Of a stretch of 58,856 nucleotides of DNA, positions 47,533-55,438 are shown in pieces. A program made the position numbers and the translations under genes. The notes beneath the pieces are model-generated. The model ran no database searches, was not told where the DNA came from, and worked only from the letters and a program-made list of their open reading frames with translations. This stretch comes from a virus. Its lineage: Duplodnaviria; Caudoviricetes. The stretch is taken from the IMG/VR virus record IMGVR_UViG_3300030105_003283, positions 1 through 58,856 of that record; one strand, 5' to 3'. The first letter of the stretch is position 1; each line of letters opens with the position of its first letter.

Positions 47533-48163
47533 CGTTTCCTCTCAATATTATCCCACCACGGGATTTTTTAAGTTCAAGTAATCCACTCAGACCCTCAAGA
47601 TAACCTTTATCCATCTTGTCTGAAACAATATATTCAACCTCACCTTCCGGTGACACCAACATAGACCAATATTTTTCAGTCTTTAGTTGTTTTTTCACTA
47701 GGTCTACCGTAGCCTGAGTATTTTCATTTGAAAATATCTCCTGCTCAGTGTAAACGCACAATTCTTTTTCTATGTCTGTTCTCACATCCTTAATATCAAA
47801 AAGTTTTCCAACGCCTATAAAGAATGAGTATCTTCCCATAATTTTCAAGGCTTCTATTCCATTCACTAGTTCTATTTTGTCTGTTATCTCATTAGTTATG
47901 CTAAAATTACTGTGGCCCATCCAGCAGTCCCATCTGTCAGAAGGTTTCATACGCGAATCTTCTGGATATGTCCCGAGTGGGGTGGATATGAAACTTTGTT
48001 GAGGGATAAATATTTCGGGAGATAGGAATTCTGGGGGTATTTCGATTTCACTATATGTCGATTCGTCCCCATTGATTTCTGGCACGATTATGTCTTTTGA
48101 TAGCATCATCTCCTCTACTATAGCGTTCCAGCTCTCCCAAGCTATTTGTTTAGGTTTGGACAT
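47525..48163 (-). CDS. Hypothetical protein
   Basis: GGAGG RBS before ATG 48163; WDCWMGHSNF. Confidence 0.6.
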   Translation of the reverse strand: MSKPKQIAWESWNAIVEEMMLSKDIIVPEINGDESTYSEIEIPPEFLSPEIFIPQQSFISTPLGTYPEDSRMKPSDRWDCWMGHSNFSITNEITDKIELVNGIEALKIMGRYSFFIGVGKLFDIKDVRTDIEKELCVYTEQEIFSNENTQATVDLVKKQLKTEKYWSMLVSPEGEVEYIVSDKMDKGYLEGLSGLLELKKSRGGIILRGNDG

Positions 48164-48182
48164 AGAAACCTCCGTTGAGCGA

Positions 48183-48551
48183 TTATAATTTAAATACGTC
48201 ACGAGGTGAGACTGCTACAGACTCACCTGAAATGCCTCCTGAAGTACCATCTTTAATATTACCCGCTGACAACAAAAACCCCTTTATGGTTTGGACTATG
48301 GTTAAAAAGTCCTCTTCGTTACCTTCTAATACACATTGTTCCCTAAGTCCGTTTAATATTTTTTCTATTAGATCGTCATATCCTATGCCATAAAATATTG
48401 AAGCGAGTGCGCCCGTTCCGCTCTTGGTAGAGTCCCAGTCGCAAGTATAGCCAAATTCCCCATTTTTATCTATGGTTATGGTTAGCTGGGCCAGTAGGTC
48501 TTCGCTAGAACTGGGAAGATCTTCTTGATATAAGTGGTTCGTAGTATTCAT
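48183..48551 (-). CDS. Hypothetical protein
   Basis: 122-aa ORF in packed array. Confidence 0.55.
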   Translation of the reverse strand: MNTTNHLYQEDLPSSSEDLLAQLTITIDKNGEFGYTCDWDSTKSGTGALASIFYGIGYDDLIEKILNGLREQCVLEGNEEDFLTIVQTIKGFLLSAGNIKDGTSGGISGESVAVSPRDVFKL

Positions 48552-48885
48552 CTATTTTTATATCCAATCCTTGTATTTCTCTGTAGGGGAAAAAATTTCC
48601 AGACTTATTGCTCCCCGACATATCTGGCATAATAATCGTATAAACGACTTCAGCGTCTGAACCATTGACCCTTCTGAAACCCGTCACCTCCACGTTTAAC
48701 CAAGTGGGATCTATGTGGAAATATTTTAAAATTATATCGTTGACGGTTTCTTTTTCATCTTTTGTAGACATATACCCTTGCGGAAGACTCATGTCGTCAC
48801 ACAGATATAGCTGAAAATACCTAGGATCAGAAATGTGAAGGGTTTTTACAGTCTTTCCAATCAGGAGCGTTACTTTAATCTTCAT
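48505..48885 (-). CDS. Hypothetical protein (possibly degenerate NUDIX fold)
   Basis: LPQGYM..E.ET resembles a decayed Nudix box. Confidence 0.45.
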   Translation of the reverse strand: MKIKVTLLIGKTVKTLHISDPRYFQLYLCDDMSLPQGYMSTKDEKETVNDIILKYFHIDPTWLNVEVTGFRRVNGSDAEVVYTIIMPDMSGSNKSGNFFPYREIQGLDIKIDEYYEPLISRRSSQF

Positions 48886-49102
48886 CCGGCTCTTCTTCGG
48901 TCGGGGGACTGGTGGAAATTTGATCTTTTACCTTTTGTAGAATCTCAAACTGGGCAGCCGCCCTCTGGTAATTGTTTAGGTGTTTTAGGAGCTTATCTAC
49001 CCCTCCCTCAGAGGCCTGATTTTGCATGATCGCGTTTATTTCAAACGCACACCTGTCCATGCGTGCTTTTATGTCGCTTTCTGTAGCATCTATTATATTC
49101 AT
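48875..49102 (-). CDS. Small helical hypothetical protein
   Basis: 75-aa ORF with AGGA RBS. Confidence 0.55.
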   Translation of the reverse strand: MNIIDATESDIKARMDRCAFEINAIMQNQASEGGVDKLLKHLNNYQRAAAQFEILQKVKDQISTSPPTEEEPDED

Positions 49103-49125
49103 TATTGTTTATCCTGTAGATATAG

Positions 49126-49208
49126 GAGATCTGTGGTGGCGAGGGTTGCAGAATCACTGAAGAATGAAAAACATATGAAACAACAGCACCCCACCACCAA
49201 GAGATCTC
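49126..49208 (-). other. Long imperfect intergenic hairpin
   Basis: GAGATCT..TGGTGGTGGGGTGC pairs with GCAACCCTCGCCACCA.AGATCTC around a U-rich loop. Confidence 0.6.
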
Positions 49209-49213
49209 TCTAT

Positions 49214-49390
49214 TTATTCAGCAACTCGAATGGTGTCGCCTATGACCCAAGCTGTGACGATGGTAATAACACCGACAATTTGATCGGTGTCAAGCGTAAA
49301 TCCAAAAAGTTCAGAAGATACGACGGCAGCCAACCCGACAGCCGATACCCAAAATCTACGCGACTTCAAAAGTGATTTCACTTTATCCAT
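49214..49390 (-). CDS. Holin-like two-TM protein (58 aa, not in ORF track)
   Basis: MDKVKSLLKSRRFWVSAVGLAAVVSSELFGFTLDTDQIVGVITIVTAWVIGDTIRVAE*; KSRxFW plus two hydrophobic helices; GGAG RBS. Confidence 0.7.
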   Translation of the reverse strand: MDKVKSLLKSRRFWVSAVGLAAVVSSELFGFTLDTDQIVGVITIVTAWVIGDTIRVAE

Positions 49391-49462
49391 TTTAAATCTC
49401 CAATTAAAAATTAGTTACAGTTCACCTTATTCCAAAAATTAAAATCCTTTTAGTTTAGCATA

Positions 49463-49554
49463 AACGTCTTCCATGAGCTTCAGTACGGGTGCAATAGGTG
49501 TTTTGCTCGCAATATCTGAGGTTCATACCTCAACCCACCCTTTAGGGTGACGTT
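49463..49554 (-). ncRNA. Candidate structured leader RNA / small ncRNA
   Basis: Nested stems directly downstream of a consensus promoter; no family recognised. Confidence 0.35.
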
Positions 49555-49566
49555 GTCTTCTCGTTC

Positions 49567-49595
49567 ATTATAGTGTATACCTCGTCATTTGTCAA
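49567..49595 (-). promoter_or_regulatory. Consensus sigma70 promoter
   Basis: TTGACA-17 nt-TATAAT. Confidence 0.85.
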
Positions 49596-49640
49596 ACTAT
49601 TTCTTGAGTGTTATTCAATTTTTATTGAAAAAGAGAGACT

Positions 49641-50699
49641 CTAAAGTCCATTGACGATCTCTTTGGCGGAATTATCCCATGAAAAGCGTGTTCCAGTGTT
49701 TGTGCCAGCTTCATTTAATTCTAGGTTATTTTGTTTTTTATCGCTGTGAACCGCCCTCATATGGCAAACCATCTGTTCCTTTTCTGACTCTCCTATGTTT
49801 GCCCATAGTCCACGAGAACCATCAAAGAAAACACCGTCATGAGCCGTTTCTAAATTCTCTATGTCTACTAGAAGCGAGTTCTCGCTGTTGCAAAACTCTG
49901 TATGCGCTGAGTAGTTTGTAGCTATGACCTGTTTTCCACAGGCCATCATCTCAAGAAGCTCTAGGTTCCAACCCTCGGCCCGCGATGGAAATATCCCGCA
50001 GTCAGCCTGCTTCATTACATTATATACGTCTTGGTGTGTTTTCTGTCTTGGAATCATTCTTATCTTATCGCCAAGAGGAGATGACTTGTATAGGTTTTGC
50101 CAGTCTTGATTGCCTTGACCTATAAAGGGATTGTCACACATCATCCATAATTCAACATCATCAGCCTGAGTGAAGGCGCTACTAAAGCACTCAAGCAAAA
50201 CGTCGTGACCTTTTCTTTTTTCCCATTTTCCGCAGTTTAAAAAGACTGTAGGTATTCTGCCAGACTTGACAGGAGTAAATAGTTCCGCATCAACTCCCAG
50301 AGGGACTACATGAACGTCTTGGTCTGAGAACCTATGTGACATCTGGTCTAGAATTATCTGCTTTGCCCATTTTGAGCAGACAAATATTTTATCGCAGTGA
50401 TTGAGGCTGCTCTTTTCTTCATCATTAAATTCAGTGAGTTCAAAGATGGGGAAGCCTATGTGTTTGCCTTTACCGACAAATTCGTATAGATCGTTCTGAT
50501 GCCATATCTTTACACAGTCGTTGCTACTATTGTCACGGCTTCTGTTGTCCAATCCGGATTGTATAGCTGCGTCAACGAACTCTGGTCTTGAAATAGGGTA
50601 TAGGGCGCTGGTGGGATCTAACCCGTATAAGCTTTTAAAAATATTATATCCAGCAACCCCATAACCTAAATTGTTTATGGGAGCAATTAAGTTAATCAT
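49641..50699 (-). CDS. GT4 glycosyltransferase
   Basis: LGYG, VPLGVD, GKWEKRKG, PSRAEGWNLELLEMMACG. Confidence 0.85.
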   Translation of the reverse strand: MINLIAPINNLGYGVAGYNIFKSLYGLDPTSALYPISRPEFVDAAIQSGLDNRSRDNSSNDCVKIWHQNDLYEFVGKGKHIGFPIFELTEFNDEEKSSLNHCDKIFVCSKWAKQIILDQMSHRFSDQDVHVVPLGVDAELFTPVKSGRIPTVFLNCGKWEKRKGHDVLLECFSSAFTQADDVELWMMCDNPFIGQGNQDWQNLYKSSPLGDKIRMIPRQKTHQDVYNVMKQADCGIFPSRAEGWNLELLEMMACGKQVIATNYSAHTEFCNSENSLLVDIENLETAHDGVFFDGSRGLWANIGESEKEQMVCHMRAVHSDKKQNNLELNEAGTNTGTRFSWDNSAKEIVNGL

Positions 50700-50712
50700 T
50701 CAACCCTTAAAT

Positions 50713-50988
50713 TTATAGTTCTGTTATTTTAAGTTCGGTTTCACACATGGGACACAAATCTATAACTGTACCCTCGTGGACGCCATTCTTGTGCTGTCCT
50801 ATCAGGAGAACCTGCATAATCATGCTTTCTCTCGACTTGGAGTCCTCAATGAGTTGATTAAGAGCAGGAACGCTAATCGTTGGGACGGGTTTTTCCTTGG
50901 TCATTTCTTTGTGCAGAAGGACTTGAAGCACTATGTTGATCATACATAGAACCATCACGAAGTGTCCTATTGGTTTAATATCGCTCAT
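50713..50988 (-). CDS. Small membrane-anchored hypothetical protein
   Basis: N-terminal hydrophobic helix; H..H..CPMC near C-terminus. Confidence 0.55.
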   Translation of the reverse strand: MSDIKPIGHFVMVLCMINIVLQVLLHKEMTKEKPVPTISVPALNQLIEDSKSRESMIMQVLLIGQHKNGVHEGTVIDLCPMCETELKITEL

Positions 50989-50989
50989 A

Positions 50990-51373
50990 TTATTTGCTCC
51001 CTATTGCTTGATACTTGCCAGTGGAAAAGTTAAATATATATACTGCCCCGATGCTCATATTTGAGTAAGAAATACCTACTCTGACATATCTTCGATCTGG
51101 AGAAACTATAACGGGCCCTGCCGTCATCATGTTTCCTTGAGGGAGGATAGATATAATTGGATGATAACCAACAGCTCTATTCTTTTGAGGCAAAAACATA
51201 CCTGCTAAAGACGCTTTTCTTCTATCTCTTGCTAATTCTTTAACCGCAGAAGTATAAGTGAGGCTGTTTAGTTTTTCTCTAAGGGACAACTCTCTTTGTG
51301 GCCGCTGTGCCATAACAAGGGTTGGCAATACAACCATAACCACAACGAGTAAAGATTTCTTAATGACATTCAT
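50990..51373 (-). CDS. Secreted protein with planctomycete secretin-like C-terminal motif
   Basis: Sec signal ending VMA-Q; AVGYHPIISILPQG..VIVSPDRRYVRVGIS. Confidence 0.6.
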   Translation of the reverse strand: MNVIKKSLLVVVMVVLPTLVMAQRPQRELSLREKLNSLTYTSAVKELARDRRKASLAGMFLPQKNRAVGYHPIISILPQGNMMTAGPVIVSPDRRYVRVGISYSNMSIGAVYIFNFSTGKYQAIGSK

Positions 51374-52587
51374 TATACAAACAATTCCTTTATAACTTTT
51401 CCGGAGTTGGCGATTTTCATAGGTCTTCCGCTATTGCTAGTGAAGGTTGTGCTCAAAGAAATTCCTAACGCCTTACAAACAGATGCCATAACATCCTGAG
51501 ATGTATAAGGGTCTGTTATAACCTTAGTGCCGTCATCGCTTGTTGCCCCTACCGCGATACCACCATTCATGCCTGCTCCACCAACCACGACGCTCCAACT
51601 ACGAGCCCAGTGATCGCGACCAGCGTTTCCGTTGATGCGAGGAGTACGGCTGAATTCACCCATCCAAATAATGGCGGTGTCTTTTAATAGCTCTCTTTGC
51701 TCAAGGTCTTCAACCAATGCACTCATTCCTTGATCAAGCACGGGCAGCTTATTATCTTTTAGTGTCGGATGGATATTTTGGTGATTATCCCACCCTCCTA
51801 AATTAACCTCAATAAAGGGAACTCCGACTTCGACAAGTCTTCTTGCCATTAGGCAACCTTTACCAAACCCATTATCTCCGTATCTTTCTTTAACGGGTTC
51901 AGGTTCGCCCGCGATCTTAAAGGCCTCCATCTGTTCGCTTGTAAGAAGGTTGAACGTTTGCTTTAATACTGACTGGTGATCCTTAGCGAGAGAACCTCTT
52001 CTCTGATTAATAAAATTAGTCTCTAAGAAATCAAGAGCATAGGCTCTTTGAATGAGCCTTTCGTCTACCTTCATGTCTAGGTTTCTTATTCTTCCGTCGC
52101 TATTGACAGAAAAAGGATTATACTGAGCTCCGAGAAAACCTGCCCCCATGCTCCCGCCGCCGACAGTAACAAACTGGGGTATTTCAATGTCGTCTCGTCG
52201 GAGTTGATGAGATAGGACAGAGCCATAGCTGGGGTGTTCCATTGACGGACTAGGAACATAGCCCGTATGCATATAGTAACGTCCACGCATGTGGTCAGCT
52301 TCACGAGTACTCATTGATCTAATGATAGCCATGTTGTGCATCTGCTTGGCCATTAACGGCATATGTTCACAAATCTGGACATCTCCCGTTGTGCCAATTG
52401 GCTTAAATGGCCCACCAGTTGCGGCGTCCGGTTTAAGATCCCAGATATCCATAGTGGACGGACCACCGCCCATCCATAGCAGGATGGCGGATTTCCCATT
52501 CTTCTTTATCTCTTCCTGATTGGCTTTTAGGGTTTGAAGAAGCCCAAGAACACCAGCAGTACTCGTTAAAAATTCTCTTCTTTTCAT
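51373..52587 (-). CDS. DUF1501-family protein with Tat signal
   Basis: KRREFL, WMGGGPSTMDIWD, HMRG, HPSYGS, ARRLVEVG, GGWDNH, GEFSRTP, GRDHW. Confidence 0.9.
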   Translation of the reverse strand: MKRREFLTSTAGVLGLLQTLKANQEEIKKNGKSAILLWMGGGPSTMDIWDLKPDAATGGPFKPIGTTGDVQICEHMPLMAKQMHNMAIIRSMSTREADHMRGRYYMHTGYVPSPSMEHPSYGSVLSHQLRRDDIEIPQFVTVGGGSMGAGFLGAQYNPFSVNSDGRIRNLDMKVDERLIQRAYALDFLETNFINQRRGSLAKDHQSVLKQTFNLLTSEQMEAFKIAGEPEPVKERYGDNGFGKGCLMARRLVEVGVPFIEVNLGGWDNHQNIHPTLKDNKLPVLDQGMSALVEDLEQRELLKDTAIIWMGEFSRTPRINGNAGRDHWARSWSVVVGGAGMNGGIAVGATSDDGTKVITDPYTSQDVMASVCKALGISLSTTFTSNSGRPMKIANSGKVIKELFV

Positions 52588-53875
52588 TCTAATTCTTCCT
52601 TTAAACTAAATAATTAATTCTTGTCTTACTTTGCCGCCGTCTATGATTTCAATAGGCCTATCTCCGGGAGCCATCAGCTCTTTATCTGCAACAATACCTA
52701 GTTGATTATATATAGTTGCGGCCCAGTCTTTAACGGTTAGAGCGTCTTCTTCTGGCTCACTAGCCGTGGCATTAGATTTACCGTAGACTATACCTCTCTT
52801 GACTCCTCCTCCGGCCATAACAACACTAAACACTTTAGGCCAATGGTCACGACCCGCAGTAGCATTAATCTTAGGTGTTCGACCAAATTCAGAAGCCATA
52901 CAAACAAGTGTTGAGTCAAGCATACCTCTATCGTCTAGGTCTGAAATAAGAGCAGCGAAGCCTTGGTCAAGGGCTGGAACCTGTCTTTTAATTCCTGCCT
53001 CAATACCATCATGCATATCCCACCCGCCGTAGGTTAGTGTAACAAACCGAGTGCCAGCTTCAACTAAACGTCTCGCAAGTAACATTCTTGCTCCCGCAGT
53101 ATTGCGTCCATATTTGTCACGAGTAGCAGCGTCTTCTTTATTGATGTCAAATGCTTCTCTAGCCTTCTGGCTATTAATTAAGTTATATGCCCTATCATAG
53201 AATGTATCGACGGCATCGAGTGAGTCTGAATTTTCTTTATTAGTAAAGCGATCATTGACAGTAGCTAGAACCTTCTGCCTCTTGATAAACCGATCATCAT
53301 TTACTCCGTCGGGCAGGTTTAGATCACGTACCCTGAATCCCTCGCTGGCTGGATCTGCCCCAAGGCCAAACCCAGAATATGAACTGCTTAAATAACCAGT
53401 TCCAGCGTATTCATTAGGAGGGCTAGGAATACAAACATAAGGAGGAAGGTTTTTTCGTGGGCCAAATTCATGTGATACTACAGAACCTATGCTTGGATAC
53501 TGGAGGGCTGGACTAGGACGATAACCAGTAAACATATTGTGCGTCCCTCTTTCGTGAGCCGCTTCACCGTGAGTCATTGATCGGCAAATCGCAATCTTAT
53601 CAGCTATCTTTGACGTGTTTACCATCATCTCATTAAGTCTTACTCCGGCAACATTAGTTTGAATGCTACCCATCGGTCCACGATACTCAATGGGAGCAAA
53701 GGGCTTAGGGTCCCAAGTTTCTTGGTGAGCAGATCCGCCGGGAAGGTAGATAAATATGACGCTTTTTGCTGGCCCTTCCTTGCTCTCATAGAACTTCTGG
53801 TCGCCACAAACCTCTAGGGTTTGTAGAAGACCTAAAATGCCAGCGGTACTCGTTAAAAATTCTCTTCTTTTCATT
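52559..53875 (-). repeat. 30-bp identical direct repeat (52559-52588 and 53846-53875) at the 5' ends of two DUF1501 genes
   Basis: gtactcgttaaaaattctcttcttttcatt present twice, inside a roughly 60-bp near-identical block. Confidence 0.9.
52606..53874 (-). CDS. DUF1501-family protein with Tat signal
   Basis: KRREFL, GGSAHQETWDPKP, HERG, YPSIGS, ARRLVEAG, GGWDMH, SEFGRTP, GRDHW. Confidence 0.9.
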   Translation of the reverse strand: MKRREFLTSTAGILGLLQTLEVCGDQKFYESKEGPAKSVIFIYLPGGSAHQETWDPKPFAPIEYRGPMGSIQTNVAGVRLNEMMVNTSKIADKIAICRSMTHGEAAHERGTHNMFTGYRPSPALQYPSIGSVVSHEFGPRKNLPPYVCIPSPPNEYAGTGYLSSSYSGFGLGADPASEGFRVRDLNLPDGVNDDRFIKRQKVLATVNDRFTNKENSDSLDAVDTFYDRAYNLINSQKAREAFDINKEDAATRDKYGRNTAGARMLLARRLVEAGTRFVTLTYGGWDMHDGIEAGIKRQVPALDQGFAALISDLDDRGMLDSTLVCMASEFGRTPKINATAGRDHWPKVFSVVMAGGGVKRGIVYGKSNATASEPEEDALTVKDWAATIYNQLGIVADKELMAPGDRPIEIIDGGKVRQELII

Positions 53876-53891
53876 ATAGTAACCCTCTATC

Positions 53892-54368
53892 TTAAGATCT
53901 TCGTTTCTGGATATACTTCTTAAGTGCTTCTTTTTCCTGCCCATCAAGCTTGCCGTCCTTATTTTTATCAAACTTTTTCATCACCTCTTTATATCGAGAG
54001 TGTCTATCAGAAGAAGGTCTACTTTGAGGAGGTCTACCTTGAGGAGGTCTATCTTGAGGAGATCTACTACGTGACGGAGGCCCGAAGCTGGGGGTTCTTC
54101 CGTCAAAGCCACGAGTAGGCTTGCTGTGCGGAGGTTGAAAGTTAGGAGTTTTTCCGTCAAAGCCACGAGGAGGTGATGGGCGTTCTGCTTTACAGCATCC
54201 GGGTTTACATTTACACTTCTTTTTACAGTTACAATTACATGTGGGGCCACATTTATTGCAATGCGGGTAGGATGGCTTTGGAGACCCCTTTATCATTGCT
54301 GCCGACGCCAATTCACAAGGGATAATTATAACCCCTACCAATAATGCTAGTACGCTTCTTCTATTCAT
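53892..54368 (-). CDS. Exported Cys-rich (metallothionein-like) / Pro-rich / EF-hand protein
   Basis: MNRRSVL plus hydrophobic signal; CNKCGPTCNCNCKKKCKCKPGCC; PQxRP repeats; DKNKDGKLDGQE. Confidence 0.7.
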   Translation of the reverse strand: MNRRSVLALLVGVIIIPCELASAAMIKGSPKPSYPHCNKCGPTCNCNCKKKCKCKPGCCKAERPSPPRGFDGKTPNFQPPHSKPTRGFDGRTPSFGPPSRSRSPQDRPPQGRPPQSRPSSDRHSRYKEVMKKFDKNKDGKLDGQEKEALKKYIQKRRS

Positions 54369-54402
54369 ATCATTCTCCGTTTCTTTATTATCTGCTAATT
54401 AT

Positions 54403-54777
54403 TTAAGCTGGGATTAACACTCTTCCATTCTTTGTGTATACGCCTTTTCTGGCAAACTCATAAATTTCGCCGGTAACTGGGTCTTTGTACTTATATCCCG
54501 CAACACTTTCCCCGTTTACAGGAATACACTTGCCGTCTTTTTCTACGTACCCCTCATTACAATTGGGTGGGTATCCGGCCTTTTCATCAGACTCAGAATT
54601 ATGTTTGATTTGAAAGTCTACCGCAGCAATACTACTAAGACCTTCTATAGCCTTACCGACACAAACGGCATATCTCTGCTGACCCTCGGGATATTCTTTA
54701 TTCATAACATCGTCACCCATACAGCGTGACATGAACTTATTTTTATCTTCGCCTTCTTTTTTAGATGGTATTGGCAT
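54403..54777 (-). CDS. Modular phage hypothetical protein
   Basis: MPIP..E...FMSRCM..QRYAVC module; CNEGYVEKDGKC module. Confidence 0.6.
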   Translation of the reverse strand: MPIPSKKEGEDKNKFMSRCMGDDVMNKEYPEGQQRYAVCVGKAIEGLSSIAAVDFQIKHNSESDEKAGYPPNCNEGYVEKDGKCIPVNGESVAGYKYKDPVTGEIYEFARKGVYTKNGRVLIPA

Positions 54778-54793
54778 CGGTGTCTCCTATGGT

Positions 54794-55117
54794 TTATGCC
54801 TGAAAGCTACTTCCACAGCCGCAAGACTTAACTGCATTAGGGTTACTAAAAGTAAACCCTCTCTGTGAAATGTCATTATAGTAATCTAGAACAGTGCCAT
54901 CTAAATATAGGTCACTCTTCCTGTCTACAATAACGTCAACACCATGCTGACTAGATAGAGTATCTTTTTCTTCATCGTATTCATGGCTTACTGTGATGTT
55001 ATATTCAAATCCAGAACATCCACCACCCTTCACGCCAACTCTTAGGTATTTTTCTTTATTGTCTTCAATATAGGTTTTGGCTTCGACTGCTGCCGCTTCT
55101 GTTAATTTAATTGTCAT
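54794..55117 (-). CDS. iscA: A-type Fe-S cluster carrier (IscA/ErpA/HesB family)
   Basis: IKLTEAA, LRVGVKGGGCSGFEY, LDGTVLDY, NPNAVKSCGCGSSF. Confidence 0.93.
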   Translation of the reverse strand: MTIKLTEAAAVEAKTYIEDNKEKYLRVGVKGGGCSGFEYNITVSHEYDEEKDTLSSQHGVDVIVDRKSDLYLDGTVLDYYNDISQRGFTFSNPNAVKSCGCGSSFQA

Positions 55118-55122
55118 AGTAT

Positions 55123-55389
55123 TTACTTTTCCTCGCCCTTAAGCTCTGTTGATAAATGATACTTTTCCCTAGTCTTCTCAATCCACGCCTGTTCTTCTTC
55201 CCTGCCTTCTCTAAGCCTAATGTTCAGAAGTATGTCTATCTGACCCGCTTGGTGGATATGAAGAGTATATATCTCGTGTATTTCTTTTTTTAGCTCATTT
55301 ACACTATGGGCTAGAGCACACATTCCAACAGTAACAGTAACCAAAAATACTGAGTATACATAAGGGGCTATTGATTTTAGTAACTTCAT
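55123..55389 (-). CDS. Small membrane-anchored hypothetical protein
   Basis: N-terminal TM then charged helix. Confidence 0.55.
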   Translation of the reverse strand: MKLLKSIAPYVYSVFLVTVTVGMCALAHSVNELKKEIHEIYTLHIHQAGQIDILLNIRLREGREEEQAWIEKTREKYHLSTELKGEEK

Positions 55390-55438
55390 ATACTCAACTC
55401 CTGCGTTATGTTAAAATGCTTGACTGTAGCCACCACCC

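Noticed and set aside
49440-49560. Stop-codon readthrough ORF (..GWVEV*TSDIASK..) or 23-aa ORF MNLRYC.. implying recoding
   Set aside because: No usable start or RBS spacing, and TGA, TAG and TAA all terminate genuine genes elsewhere in the window
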